From positions 1 to 33,289 of IMG/VR virus record IMGVR_UViG_3300033067_001137: a stretch of 33,289 nucleotides of DNA. One strand, given 5' to 3'. Shown piece by piece: positions 1 through 8,797 of the stretch. Position numbers and translations under genes: made by a program. Origin of the DNA: a virus (taxonomy: Duplodnaviria > Caudoviricetes). The notes under the pieces are model-generated. The model was not told where the DNA came from and did no database searches. It saw nothing but the letters and a program-made list of their open reading frames with translations. The number at the start of each line of letters is the position of its first letter. The stretch's first letter is position 1.

Positions 1-1
1 G

Positions 2-94
2 ATGCCTATCGAGCCCGAGGCCCGGCATACGTTTCACTTCCCCGAGCGGATGCTGGCTAGGCTACCTTCAACCGTGGCAGGTAGCCCGAAATGA
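2..94 (+). CDS. 3' end of a hypothetical protein (probably truncated by window edge)
   Basis: Open frame 2..94 whose TGA overlaps the ATG of the next gene (ATGA at 91-94). Confidence 0.35.
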   Translation: MPIEPEARHTFHFPERMLARLPSTVAGSPK

Positions 95-294
95 TCGTTG
101 ACTACACGATGCGGCTGGCGCCGCACTCGGGTTACCCGACAGACTTTCGCCGGGTGGAGCATCGCGGCCAGTTTGAATCGTGGGAGTCTTTCCATCGGTT
201 CAAAGAGCGCGAGCGGCAGGCGGGGTGGATCGTGGAGAACGAGCGAGCCGCTGACCCCACGCCCGCTAGTCCCGCCTCCACCACCGACGCTTGA
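91..294 (+). CDS. Hypothetical small phage protein (67 aa)
   Basis: ATGA-coupled start, protein-like composition, converges on the spanin gene. Confidence 0.55.
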   Translation: MIVDYTMRLAPHSGYPTDFRRVEHRGQFESWESFHRFKERERQAGWIVENERAADPTPASPASTTDA

Positions 295-805
295 CGGGCG
301 CCGCTGGCGGGCACTGCGGCCACGAGTCCCGCAGCAGCGCGATGTCACGCTGGCACGCCGCGAAGTCGTCTCTCAGGTCGTCGGCTTCGTCCCAGAGGTC
401 GTACAGCCGGGGTCCGATGTCTGGCCCTTCGCTTCCCGCAGCAGGCAGTCCCCCCGCTTCCTGAAGCTCCCCGGCGGGGGCAGCGGGCGTTCCGACTGCG
501 GCTGCACCTGCGGGGGCGGCAGGCTGGCAGACACCGGCGCCGTCGATGCGCAGCCGGACAGACTGAACAGGCACGTCAGTGCGAACCCGAGTCGTAGATG
601 CTCGATCATTGCCGTACTCCTTCCGGGCTGCGGCCTCGCCCTTGGCATAGCCTTCGATGGTTGACCTGTACGCCAGGTACTCCCGCTCTACCTGCGGCAG
701 CCGCTCGGCCGCCTCCCGCCACGAGGCGACGCGCCACCATGCCAGCGTGCCGACCAGCGCCAGCACCGCAGCAATGGCGCCGTAGGCGGTCAGGCGAGCC
801 GTCAC
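266..805 (-). CDS. Rz-like inner-membrane spanin (179 aa)
   Basis: GTG start at 805 overlapping the holin stop (GTGA); N-terminal TM segment YGAIAAVLALVGTLAWW, helical periplasmic region, C-terminal ACQ motif; follows endolysin/holin. Confidence 0.88.
   Translation of the reverse strand: MTARLTAYGAIAAVLALVGTLAWWRVASWREAAERLPQVEREYLAYRSTIEGYAKGEAAARKEYGNDRASTTRVRTDVPVQSVRLRIDGAGVCQPAAPAGAAAVGTPAAPAGELQEAGGLPAAGSEGPDIGPRLYDLWDEADDLRDDFAACQRDIALLRDSWPQCPPAAPVKRRWWRRD
373..609 (-). CDS. Rz1-like outer-membrane lipoprotein spanin, fully embedded in Rz (78 aa)
   Basis: GGAAGGAG RBS before ATG 609; signal MIEHLRLGFALTCLFS plus lipobox LSGC; Pro-rich mature part; alternate frame inside Rz. Confidence 0.88.
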   Translation of the reverse strand: MIEHLRLGFALTCLFSLSGCASTAPVSASLPPPQVQPQSERPLPPPGSFRKRGDCLLREAKGQTSDPGCTTSGTKPTT

Positions 806-1029
806 GCGCCGTTGTCGGTGTCGCCGCCCTTGGCGCGCGCACTGTTCACGAAGCCGCGGCGCGTGATGAGCACACCGAGCGCGAGGTTGGCGAACAGCGC
901 CCACTTCATCAGTGACAGCGGGATCAGGCCGTCGACGGTCAGTGCAACCGCCACGAGGTCTTTCGCCAGCACGATAAGTCCGAGAATCTTCGTGCCGTGG
1001 TCACGCCAGAGCGCCTGCAGTTCTTTCAT
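802..1029 (-). CDS. Putative holin (75 aa, two hydrophobic segments, charged C-terminus)
   Basis: Small membrane protein between endolysin and spanins; ATGA coupling; RBS GAGGA. Confidence 0.65.
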   Translation of the reverse strand: MKELQALWRDHGTKILGLIVLAKDLVAVALTVDGLIPLSLMKWALFANLALGVLITRRGFVNSARAKGGDTDNGA

Positions 1030-1535
1030 GTTTCGTTCCTCGAGGCCGGGCCGTTGTGGGCGAGCAGCGGGAGCTCGCCTGTGAATTCAAACGCCACGCG
1101 CGGCTCCGGCGGCCAGCGGCAGCCGAGTAGCCGGTACGGGTAGAACGGCGCAATGCTGACGGTGTTGCCTTGGTTGCCACCGAGGATCAGCAGCCGCCCG
1201 ATGTCGTCCTTGCCGACTACGAAGCCAACGTGCCCGCCGCCACCGCGTTCGAATACCGCTATGCAGCCGATCGCTGGCGGCTTGACCTCTTGCCCCCAGT
1301 CGAGCCACGCGCGGGCGCGATACCACGCCTTCGGGTAGGACAGTCCGCACTCCTGCATGACGGCGGCGGTGAACACGCCGCACCACGGCGCTTCGTCATC
1401 CCGCCACCACGCCTTAAGGCGATGCAGCCATGCGCCGATCACGGCCGAGTGCTGCGGGCCGGGAATCTCGGCGGTGCCGAGGTACGTCCGCGCGACGTGA
1501 ATCCACGACGGCGTGCGGGTGTCCGGCGCGTTCAC
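1026..1535 (-). CDS. Endolysin, NlpC/P60-CHAP-like cysteine peptidase (TIGR02594-like)
   Basis: Motifs DDEAPWC, ARAWLDWG, GGGHVGF, LGGNQGN; position in lysis cassette. Confidence 0.9.
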   Translation of the reverse strand: MNAPDTRTPSWIHVARTYLGTAEIPGPQHSAVIGAWLHRLKAWWRDDEAPWCGVFTAAVMQECGLSYPKAWYRARAWLDWGQEVKPPAIGCIAVFERGGGGHVGFVVGKDDIGRLLILGGNQGNTVSIAPFYPYRLLGCRWPPEPRVAFEFTGELPLLAHNGPASRNET

Positions 1536-1840
1536 TTCATCATCCGTTCGATGATGGTGTCGAGCCGCGCGTTGACCGCGCTGAACTGCTCGCGGGTCTC
1601 TTGTCGATGATCGTGCAACGACTTCTCAAGCCAGTCGATCTCGTGCTTCTGATCGGCCTTTTCGTCGCGGAACCGCTGATCCATCGTCGACGCCATCGCT
1701 TTCGCGGACACGGCTTCCTCGATTCTTTGCAGGCGCATATTGAGCCTCGCTGCGGAAATGCCGAGTCCAGTCACGATGAATCCCCAGAGAATTTTGGCGA
1801 TGTCCCATCCACTGATGGGATCGTGTTCCGGTGGTCCCAT
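1532..1840 (-). CDS. Single-TM plus coiled-coil membrane protein (holin/antiholin-like, 102 aa)
   Basis: TM ILWGFIVTGLGISAA followed by a helical charged tail ending RLDTIIERMMK; ATG at 1840 follows the upstream stop; directly upstream of endolysin. Confidence 0.65.
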   Translation of the reverse strand: MGPPEHDPISGWDIAKILWGFIVTGLGISAARLNMRLQRIEEAVSAKAMASTMDQRFRDEKADQKHEIDWLEKSLHDHRQETREQFSAVNARLDTIIERMMK

Positions 1841-1841
1841 A

Positions 1842-2411
1842 TCAATTGAGGTCGACCCACGAGCCATTCGCGTAGCCGCGGAATTTATGCGTGCTCGTGT
1901 TGTAGTAGGTGTCGCCGTTAGATGATCCGGACGACGGATCGGCAGACCGCTGAGGAAGCCGAAGCACCCCGGTGCTGGCGATGGTAACGCGCGTCACAAT
2001 CCGTCCGGACCTTTCGACGAGAACCCAAATGTCAGACAGAGTTTGAGCATCGTTGAGGCAGCGCCCCTGGAATTGCGACCCAGTAACGGCGAAGTCCCAT
2101 TCTTTTTCGTCGGACACGCCGTCCGATTCGTACCACGCCATGCCTGGCGTGATGGATTCGACCCTGAAACCCGAGTTGCCGCCGCCACCGACCGCGGTCG
2201 AACGAAATCGACGCGCGTTCGTCAAGTCCTGACCGTTCCAGTCCTGTGACGCCGTAGGCTTGCCGGTTCCATCGCGTAGGATGCAGTTCGACAGCGCATC
2301 GGCAATGTCCTGCTCCTGCGTGTCGAGCTTGGAAATCTCAATCGGCGAACTCGCCTGTTCCGTCACCCACGAATAGGTGAGCGAGAACGTCCCACTGCCA
2401 TTGAACGGCAT
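1842..2411 (-). CDS. Short tail fibre/spike-like protein (189 aa)
   Basis: N-terminus MPFNGSGTFS...DIADALSNCILRDG resembles podophage fibre attachment domains; C-terminal GDTYYNTSTHKFRGYANGSW beta motif typical of fibre proteins; position after ejection genes. Confidence 0.7.
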   Translation of the reverse strand: MPFNGSGTFSLTYSWVTEQASSPIEISKLDTQEQDIADALSNCILRDGTGKPTASQDWNGQDLTNARRFRSTAVGGGGNSGFRVESITPGMAWYESDGVSDEKEWDFAVTGSQFQGRCLNDAQTLSDIWVLVERSGRIVTRVTIASTGVLRLPQRSADPSSGSSNGDTYYNTSTHKFRGYANGSWVDLN

Positions 2412-4474
2412 CAGCGTTTCTCCTTTTTGATCTCACGAGCGCGATACGTGTTCTTGTCCTTTGGCACCTTCTTGCCTTGCAACGCGAGTTCCAATGCCAT
2501 GCCGCGTTCTTCGGCACCGGGCGCGGCGCGCATGTTTTCCTTGTTGCCGACTTTTTCGCCTTGCTTGACGCCGCGCTGGCGCTTGCCGGCCACCGTCGGA
2601 TAAGTGCGGCGCTTCGTCGGCTCAATCAGCACGTTCTCGAAATTGATGCCGTCGCCTTTCTGGTTGGCGATATACGCCTCGAGCGAGTCCGCCAGCGCCA
2701 TCGGCTCAGGATGTCCGCCGAGCGGCGTGCCGCCCGGATGCCTAGTGCCGGCCAGCGCCACGTCCGGCGTGTTGCCGAGTACCGGCCCGGCGCGACCGCC
2801 GCCTGCCGCATAGGGGTTTCCACGAGGCGCGGCGCGCACGCCCTGCCCCGGAATGACGGCGAGCGCCGTGCTCGGCGGCGGCCATCGCGGTGCCGGCGGG
2901 CCACCCATGCTGATTGCGGTGTCAGCTTTGCCTGGCAGAAGATTGGAGGGGTCCGTCATCGGCCCTCGTGGCAGCAGCCCGCTGTCGCCGTCGCCGCGGT
3001 ACAGGTACGAAAGCCTTCCCTGAGGGCCTAGGACTGGATTACGGGCCTCTCCGCGTGTCCACGATACTGCCGAACCAGCCAGCCGGCGCGCGGGCGCCAC
3101 GAGGCTCCCTAGGCTGATCTGGCCGGTCTCGTTGATACGGGCAGGACGAATGTTGAAGTCGCGAGGAAAGTGAACCGCCGTGTCCGCGATGGCTTTCAAG
3201 CCGCCGTCCAGCATGTTCGATCGCTTGTTGGCGCGGACCAGCACCTGCGGATCAATGTCATTGCCGACACGCGCGTTCTCGACCATGTTGATCTTGGCGA
3301 ATCCGCGCCGTGCGGCCTGGTACTGGCCCGCCAAGTCCGGCGCCGACCGGGCAATGGCCCGGTCAAGGTGCGATTCGACGGCATCCGCCATGTCGAGCAT
3401 GGCGCTGCCCTGGGCGCTCGTGTTCGCGTCATCGGACAGGTAGTTCTTCCAGCCCTTGTTCCGCAGGTCGCTGATCGTGTCGATCATCTGCGACCCATTC
3501 ATCGGGCGGACAATTTGCTGGCGCAGGCTGTCGATCGCGGGCGGCAATTCCAGCACGCTCGAGGTTCCGCGGCCGGCGCTCAGGACAGCAGTCTCAAATT
3601 CCCGGTCAACGGGCGTTGTGCCGACGCTCTGCCGCACTTTGGCATAAACCTCCGCATGCGGCTTTTTCGCGAGCGCGATGTTGTCGTCCGTCACCAGCGA
3701 ACCCGGCTTCAGGCCGATGTCCTGCATGGCGATGTCGTTCGCGCGCACCTTGTTGTGTCGCTGATGCAGCAGATTGGAGTCCGGCCCAGCCAGCGCATCC
3801 GTCGCTCGAGCGAGTTTCCCCGGCTTGGCTCCGGCCTCGGTAGCGTCCGCTACGCTGGTCGGAGCGATCCGAAACCCCGACGCCTCGGCAATCTCAATCG
3901 GCGTGCGCGCGACCTTGTTTCGGGCCGCAGCAGCTGCTGCAGCCTCGCGGCTCAACTGCACGCCCTTTCCGACGGCTCCGGCCAAAGGAATGGCGCTCGT
4001 CACGTCGTTTCCGGCTTTGAAAAACTCCCGAACGTACCGCTGCGCCGTGGGCGATACGTCGCCGATGGCCTGATCGGCGGCATTCACTGCCTGGCCGACG
4101 CGCGACGTGACAGGCGCAATCATTTCGGCGCCTTTCTGCAGAATCTCGCGTCCGCCGCGCGTCTGCGGCTTGTACACCGCCCATTTGTTGAATGCGGCCT
4201 TGTCCTTGTCGGCGTCACGACCGAGAAGGCGCGACCCGATGCCGACCACGCCTGTACCTACGGTGCCGACCGTCGCGCCAGACAGGCCGGTAGCGAGCAC
4301 GTCGCCAGCGACTGCCAGAGGGTTCTCAGGCGGTTCCGCGTTCAACTGAGCCAACACCGCGGGGTCTGTGACGGCGCGGCGTGGCTGGGCTTCCGCGGGC
4401 GCAGACGCAGGCGCAGCGGACTCCGCGTTCAACTGCGCCAGCAGCGCAGGGTCTGTGACGGCGCGGCGTGGCAC
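2411..4474 (-). CDS. Large internal virion/ejection protein (about 687 aa)
   Basis: Ala/Gly-rich helical protein, third of three genes after the nozzle; likely GTG start at 4474 after GAGAGGGA RBS (track start 4516). Confidence 0.7.
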   Translation of the reverse strand: MPRRAVTDPALLAQLNAESAAPASAPAEAQPRRAVTDPAVLAQLNAEPPENPLAVAGDVLATGLSGATVGTVGTGVVGIGSRLLGRDADKDKAAFNKWAVYKPQTRGGREILQKGAEMIAPVTSRVGQAVNAADQAIGDVSPTAQRYVREFFKAGNDVTSAIPLAGAVGKGVQLSREAAAAAAARNKVARTPIEIAEASGFRIAPTSVADATEAGAKPGKLARATDALAGPDSNLLHQRHNKVRANDIAMQDIGLKPGSLVTDDNIALAKKPHAEVYAKVRQSVGTTPVDREFETAVLSAGRGTSSVLELPPAIDSLRQQIVRPMNGSQMIDTISDLRNKGWKNYLSDDANTSAQGSAMLDMADAVESHLDRAIARSAPDLAGQYQAARRGFAKINMVENARVGNDIDPQVLVRANKRSNMLDGGLKAIADTAVHFPRDFNIRPARINETGQISLGSLVAPARRLAGSAVSWTRGEARNPVLGPQGRLSYLYRGDGDSGLLPRGPMTDPSNLLPGKADTAISMGGPPAPRWPPPSTALAVIPGQGVRAAPRGNPYAAGGGRAGPVLGNTPDVALAGTRHPGGTPLGGHPEPMALADSLEAYIANQKGDGINFENVLIEPTKRRTYPTVAGKRQRGVKQGEKVGNKENMRAAPGAEERGMALELALQGKKVPKDKNTYRAREIKKEKR
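4335..4472. repeat. Two 51-bp direct repeats (4335-4385, 4422-4472; 4 mismatches) encoding PRRAVTDPA(L/V)LAQLNAE
   Basis: Read directly from DNA and protein. Confidence 0.9.
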
Positions 4475-4475
4475 T

Positions 4476-5708
4476 TCAGTCCCTCTCGTACCACTGACCG
4501 TCGGCGCCCTTTTCATAGGTCACGCCGTTGATAGTCTTAGTCACTGGCGCGGCACCGGCACCAGCAGCAGGCGGATTGGCGCCCGAATTAGCCGGGCGAA
4601 CGCCGGATCGCGCTTTCACAAATGCGTCAATATTATCGAGCGCGCGCATGTTGGCTTCCACGTCGAGCGTCGGATCGGTCGCAGCCGACAGCCACAGTTT
4701 TAGTTCGGCGTTGGAATCCAGCTGCCGCGCCGACATGCCGGTCGCGTCCTTGATGGCCGCCAGTAGCAGCGGGCGCGTCTGCGAGATGCTATTGCGCTCC
4801 GACTGGTTTTTGGTGCCAAACACTCGACCCAAAAACTGTCCTGGCGCGCTTGACTGGACGGCTGCCTGCGCGTTGTCCAGCCCTCCTGCTTCGGTGCTCG
4901 CGATGCCGCCGGAATCTTTCAGGAGGCCGTAGGAAGAACGAATCTGCGCCATCAGTGCGTCCAGCGAATCGGCGCCCTGCGCTTTGGTCTCTGCCGTTGC
5001 GTCCGTCTTGGCGGCGGCAATGGCTTCGCGCGACTTGCGATCAGCGTCTGCGCGCTCGTTCCTGCCGCGCTCCGCGTCACGCTGGATGCCTGCCGTAAGG
5101 TTTGCCAGTTCGCGGCGCAGGTCGTTTGCGTCCTTGCCCATCTGCTCGCGAGAGGCGATCTGCTCGCGCAGCATGGCGGCGCGATCCTCGCGAGCGGCGC
5201 GGCGCTCGTCCATTGTCGCCTTGATCTGGTACGCCTTCAGTTCGCGGTCAGCCAGCGCGTTCGGATCGCTCTCCGACAGCTTGCGCTCCATCAGCGCCTT
5301 GGCGACGGCGGTCTGGCCCTCCGGCCCCATCGCCCGGCCGAGGTCAGCCGACGCTTCCTCCGGCGTCAGCGGCGACATGATTTCGCCGGGGCCGGTCGCC
5401 ATCGGCATGTTCGGCTGCGACATCGCGACGCGCTTGCTGGCGTCCTGCACCTGACCGGCGCGCGCCTCCTTCGCCCGACCGAGCGCCGTGTTGGCGTTCT
5501 TCAGGTTCCACGCGGATGCCAGCGAGTTCGCCAAGTCCACCAGCGCATGACCGGCGCCGTACTTGGCCTGCACCGGCCCGCCCGCCTGCGGGAGATTCGG
5601 CTGCATCGCGCGCTGCTGCATCGCTTCGGCGATGGCCTGCCGGCGCTGGGCCGCTTCCACGTCGTCCACTTGGGCTGGCGCGATGAGTTGCTTGAACGAG
5701 ATCGCCAT
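4476..5708 (-). CDS. Internal virion/ejection protein (410 aa)
   Basis: GAGGGAGG RBS before ATG 5708 (MAISFKQL); Ala/Gln/Arg-rich coiled coil; synteny. Confidence 0.72.
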   Translation of the reverse strand: MAISFKQLIAPAQVDDVEAAQRRQAIAEAMQQRAMQPNLPQAGGPVQAKYGAGHALVDLANSLASAWNLKNANTALGRAKEARAGQVQDASKRVAMSQPNMPMATGPGEIMSPLTPEEASADLGRAMGPEGQTAVAKALMERKLSESDPNALADRELKAYQIKATMDERRAAREDRAAMLREQIASREQMGKDANDLRRELANLTAGIQRDAERGRNERADADRKSREAIAAAKTDATAETKAQGADSLDALMAQIRSSYGLLKDSGGIASTEAGGLDNAQAAVQSSAPGQFLGRVFGTKNQSERNSISQTRPLLLAAIKDATGMSARQLDSNAELKLWLSAATDPTLDVEANMRALDNIDAFVKARSGVRPANSGANPPAAGAGAAPVTKTINGVTYEKGADGQWYERD

Positions 5709-5724
5709 GTGGGTACGGCCTCCC

Positions 5725-6825
5725 TCAGCGCCCGATCCAGGCGCCGCCCAGCGTGCCGCCAAGACCCATCAAGCTTCCAAGCAGCCCGTTGCTCGACTGC
5801 TGGCGTGCGTTCCAGGCGTCCAGCTGGTTGCGGTACGCCTGATTGATGTTGCCCGCGACGTCGGTGTTCGACATCGACACCGCGCTTGGGCCGCTGAACT
5901 GCGGCGCCTCGACCTGCGAGGCTGATCGCAGCGCGTTGAACTCGTTGAGCGGCTGGTTCCGCAGCGCGAGCAGTTCCTGCATGCCCTGCGCGCGGGACTG
6001 GTTGCCGAAGTTGCCCGCGGCGATCTGCTGCTGCAGGCCCTGCTGCCGCGCGTCGTTGTTCGCGCCGTAGCGCGCAATGGCTTCGGACATCAACTGCGAT
6101 CGGTTGCCACGCGCCATGTCGGAAAGGCCCGTCATCTCGCCGAGGCCCTGCAGGATGCTGCCTTCGCGTGCGCGGGTATAGTCCGCCGAGCGCGAGCGCG
6201 TCAGGCGGTCCATCTCATTGTTCCACGCCTCGCTGCCCTGCACGACGCCCTGGTTCGCGAGGAGGGTGCGAGCGCGCTCCTCGCGCTGCTGCCACTCCGG
6301 GTCCAGCATCGCGGTGTTGCGCTGGTAGAGCGCGTCCTGAACCTGCTTTCGGGCGCCGAGCAAGTCGTTTTCGCCCAACAGCGCAGGCAGGTTTCCTGTG
6401 TCCAGCGTGCTTTGCAGGGCGGGCAGATTGCCGCCCACTGAGCCCGTCAGGCCGGGCACGCCGGACGTGTCTATGGGGTTGCGATAGGCGTTCTCGACCT
6501 GCCCCATCATCCCCTGCGAGATGTTGCCCAGCTGTCGGTCCTGCGCCATCTGCTGGTCGAGCAGCGCCTGCGTGTCGCCGGAAAGCGATATCGTCTGGTC
6601 GTACACCGGAGCGCCAGTCGTCGGGTCCGTGCGCGTGGTGTACGTGCTCGAACCGTAGGGCGTGTAGGTGTTGCCCCGGTTGATCGCAGCGTTGTAGGCG
6701 GCGGTCGCTTGATTGCTCTGCGTCTGCGCCTGAGACGTCGCATACGGGTCCGGCGGCGGCGGCGCGGAGCCACCCTTGCCGGGTGCGAAATCGAGCAGCC
6801 AAGTGAAACCTTCACGGCGAATCAT
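5725..6825 (-). CDS. Ejection/DNA pilot protein (P22 gp7-like position, 366 aa)
   Basis: GKGGSAPPPPDPY N-terminal motif, Gln/Asn-rich helices, Gly-rich hydrophobic C-terminus GLLGSLMGLGGTLGGA; ATGA overlap with GNAT stop. Confidence 0.75.
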   Translation of the reverse strand: MIRREGFTWLLDFAPGKGGSAPPPPDPYATSQAQTQSNQATAAYNAAINRGNTYTPYGSSTYTTRTDPTTGAPVYDQTISLSGDTQALLDQQMAQDRQLGNISQGMMGQVENAYRNPIDTSGVPGLTGSVGGNLPALQSTLDTGNLPALLGENDLLGARKQVQDALYQRNTAMLDPEWQQREERARTLLANQGVVQGSEAWNNEMDRLTRSRSADYTRAREGSILQGLGEMTGLSDMARGNRSQLMSEAIARYGANNDARQQGLQQQIAAGNFGNQSRAQGMQELLALRNQPLNEFNALRSASQVEAPQFSGPSAVSMSNTDVAGNINQAYRNQLDAWNARQQSSNGLLGSLMGLGGTLGGAWIGR

Positions 6826-7271
6826 AGATACCGACACTCCGATCGAAGCATGCCCATCATCACGAGGGAGTCACCGGGAATCGCGTCCCGCTTTTCACCC
6901 TCGACCATGAAGCCAAGCCGACCGGCAATGTGTCGCATCGCCGCGTTCTGCCCCGCTATTTCGCAACTGATCCGGCGGCAAGTCAACTGGTGGAACACAT
7001 AGCGGAACACCGCACGCGCGAACGTATGCGACACCCACCCGCCGACGACCGCTACGCTGACATCAATGTCATGGCCGGTGAAGTGCTCGAACACCACGCC
7101 GGCGATGAGCTTCCCGCCGCGCTCGAGACCGATCGTCTGGTGGCCCGGCGACCACGACTCCACGTAGGGAATCTGGTCGAGCAGCCACTGCCCGACGCGC
7201 TCGTTGTCGTGATAGACGAGAGCTACCCCACGACTGCCCCCACTTCGTAGAGCACGTTGGTCGCCGACCAC
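6822..7271 (-). CDS. GNAT/RimJ-like N-acetyltransferase (start uncertain)
   Basis: LIAGVVF...FRYVFHQLTCRRI...N..MRHIAGRLGFMVEGEKR pattern; usual position between nozzle and ejection genes; nearest in-frame start upstream of the domain is GTG 7271. Confidence 0.8.
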   Translation of the reverse strand: MVGDQRALRSGGSRGVALVYHDNERVGQWLLDQIPYVESWSPGHQTIGLERGGKLIAGVVFEHFTGHDIDVSVAVVGGWVSHTFARAVFRYVFHQLTCRRISCEIAGQNAAMRHIAGRLGFMVEGEKRDAIPGDSLVMMGMLRSECRYL

Positions 7272-8797
7272 GAGACGGAGCCCGCCTCGGTTCGCGCGCG
7301 CACGCGGGGCGCGATAGCCGTCCCGATCTGTGGCACTGAATACCAGCGAGATTGGACCACCGTGCCGCCCGCCCATGTCACGTCCCATACGCCGCCCCAC
7401 GGATCGCCTGAACCGCCCATCATGGTCCGCAGCGTCAGGTTCGTGCGGTCGGCAAAATCGGCATCTGCGCTGACGCCGATGCCGTAGTCGGCGTCGATCG
7501 CGAGCACCGGCTGCATGAGCTTGATGTGCTTCTTGCGCCCGCGGTTGCCGAGGTAGTTGTACGCTTGGCGCGCGTCGCTGAAGATGGGTTCGCCGTTGTC
7601 ATCGTAGCCGGTGTCGGCCTTGACCACGATGCCGTTTCCGCCCCAGTAGAGCGTGTCGCGCGCGACCGCGAAGCAGAACGCATTCCATCCCGTGAACCGG
7701 CACCAGGCGCCGGTCTCGGTGTTCATCACGTACTGGTAGCTGGCGCGGTCCTCGCTGGTAGGCACGTTCACGATGAGCTTGGTGCCCTTCGGGAACGCCA
7801 TCACTTCCCAGCCGTAGCGCGAGCCGTGCGTCACGATGTCCGAGTTGATGAGCGTGCGGATCTTGTCGCTGACAGACAGGCCCTCGGAGCGGTTCTGTGC
7901 CGCGATGGCCTTGCGCAGCGGATACACACCATCCGCGCAAAGCACGACGGCATCCAAGCCGCGCTTCTCCCAGCAGCGGTTGCCCTTGATGACCGGGTAG
8001 CCGATCTCAAAGAACGCCGCCAACTGCCAGTCGGCTGCGGTGGCCGGATCGGTGCCCGTGTAGACCGCGATCTCGCCTTCGGTCGACAGGAACCCGATGT
8101 AGTCGGTCAGCGAATTGGACGAGTCCGTGACCGTGATGATGCTGTTGAGCGAACCGCCCTTCTTGAACAGCGCGCCAAGGTGCAGCCGCGTCGCCGCGCC
8201 AGACTTGGTGTCGGCGGCAAGGTAATACACGTCAAACGAGTCCTTGACGCCGTAGAACAGGCGCTTGGCGTACACGCCCACGGTGAAGTAGTTGGCCGGC
8301 GTGCCGCCCGTGGTGCCGGACGAGCTCCACGCCGAGCCATTGTACTCAAGCGGCGTGTCCGCGCCGTTCACGGCCGTCAGGAACGTGCCTCCGGTCGTGG
8401 TGAACACCGCGTAGTCGAATCGCGTGGACGTGAGCGCCTGGACGGTGGGGCCGGAGCCGCCGACGACCGCCGTCGAGACGGCGCCCGACGACGTGCCGTC
8501 CATGATCGAGTACGTCGAGCCGTTCTTGATGCACGGGAAAATCTTGGTCGACGTCGGGCCGGTGTACACCAATATGGTCTGGCACAGGCCCGTGAACGTG
8601 TTCCAAGAATCGTAGCCGCCGCGCGTTACCACGTCTGTCGAGCGCGGGAACCAGTTGTCGAGCATGACGGCATCCTGCGCCGGCATGTTCGCCACGGAGT
8701 CGCGCGCGTTCAAGCCGCCAATCGGCGCGGGCAGCGTCGTCGAGCGCGACTTGACGCCGCCCGGCTTGACGTAGACTTCCTGCGGCCGGCGCATCAC
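7223..8797 (-). CDS. Tail nozzle / DNA stabilisation protein (P22 gp10 / T7 gp12-like, 524 aa)
   Basis: N-terminal PAPIGGLNARD...LDNWFP, beta-propeller-like composition, TGAWCRFTGW motif; follows adaptor. Confidence 0.85.
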   Translation of the reverse strand: MMRRPQEVYVKPGGVKSRSTTLPAPIGGLNARDSVANMPAQDAVMLDNWFPRSTDVVTRGGYDSWNTFTGLCQTILVYTGPTSTKIFPCIKNGSTYSIMDGTSSGAVSTAVVGGSGPTVQALTSTRFDYAVFTTTGGTFLTAVNGADTPLEYNGSAWSSSGTTGGTPANYFTVGVYAKRLFYGVKDSFDVYYLAADTKSGAATRLHLGALFKKGGSLNSIITVTDSSNSLTDYIGFLSTEGEIAVYTGTDPATAADWQLAAFFEIGYPVIKGNRCWEKRGLDAVVLCADGVYPLRKAIAAQNRSEGLSVSDKIRTLINSDIVTHGSRYGWEVMAFPKGTKLIVNVPTSEDRASYQYVMNTETGAWCRFTGWNAFCFAVARDTLYWGGNGIVVKADTGYDDNGEPIFSDARQAYNYLGNRGRKKHIKLMQPVLAIDADYGIGVSADADFADRTNLTLRTMMGGSGDPWGGVWDVTWAGGTVVQSRWYSVPQIGTAIAPRVRARTEAGSVSWSATNVLYEVGAVVG

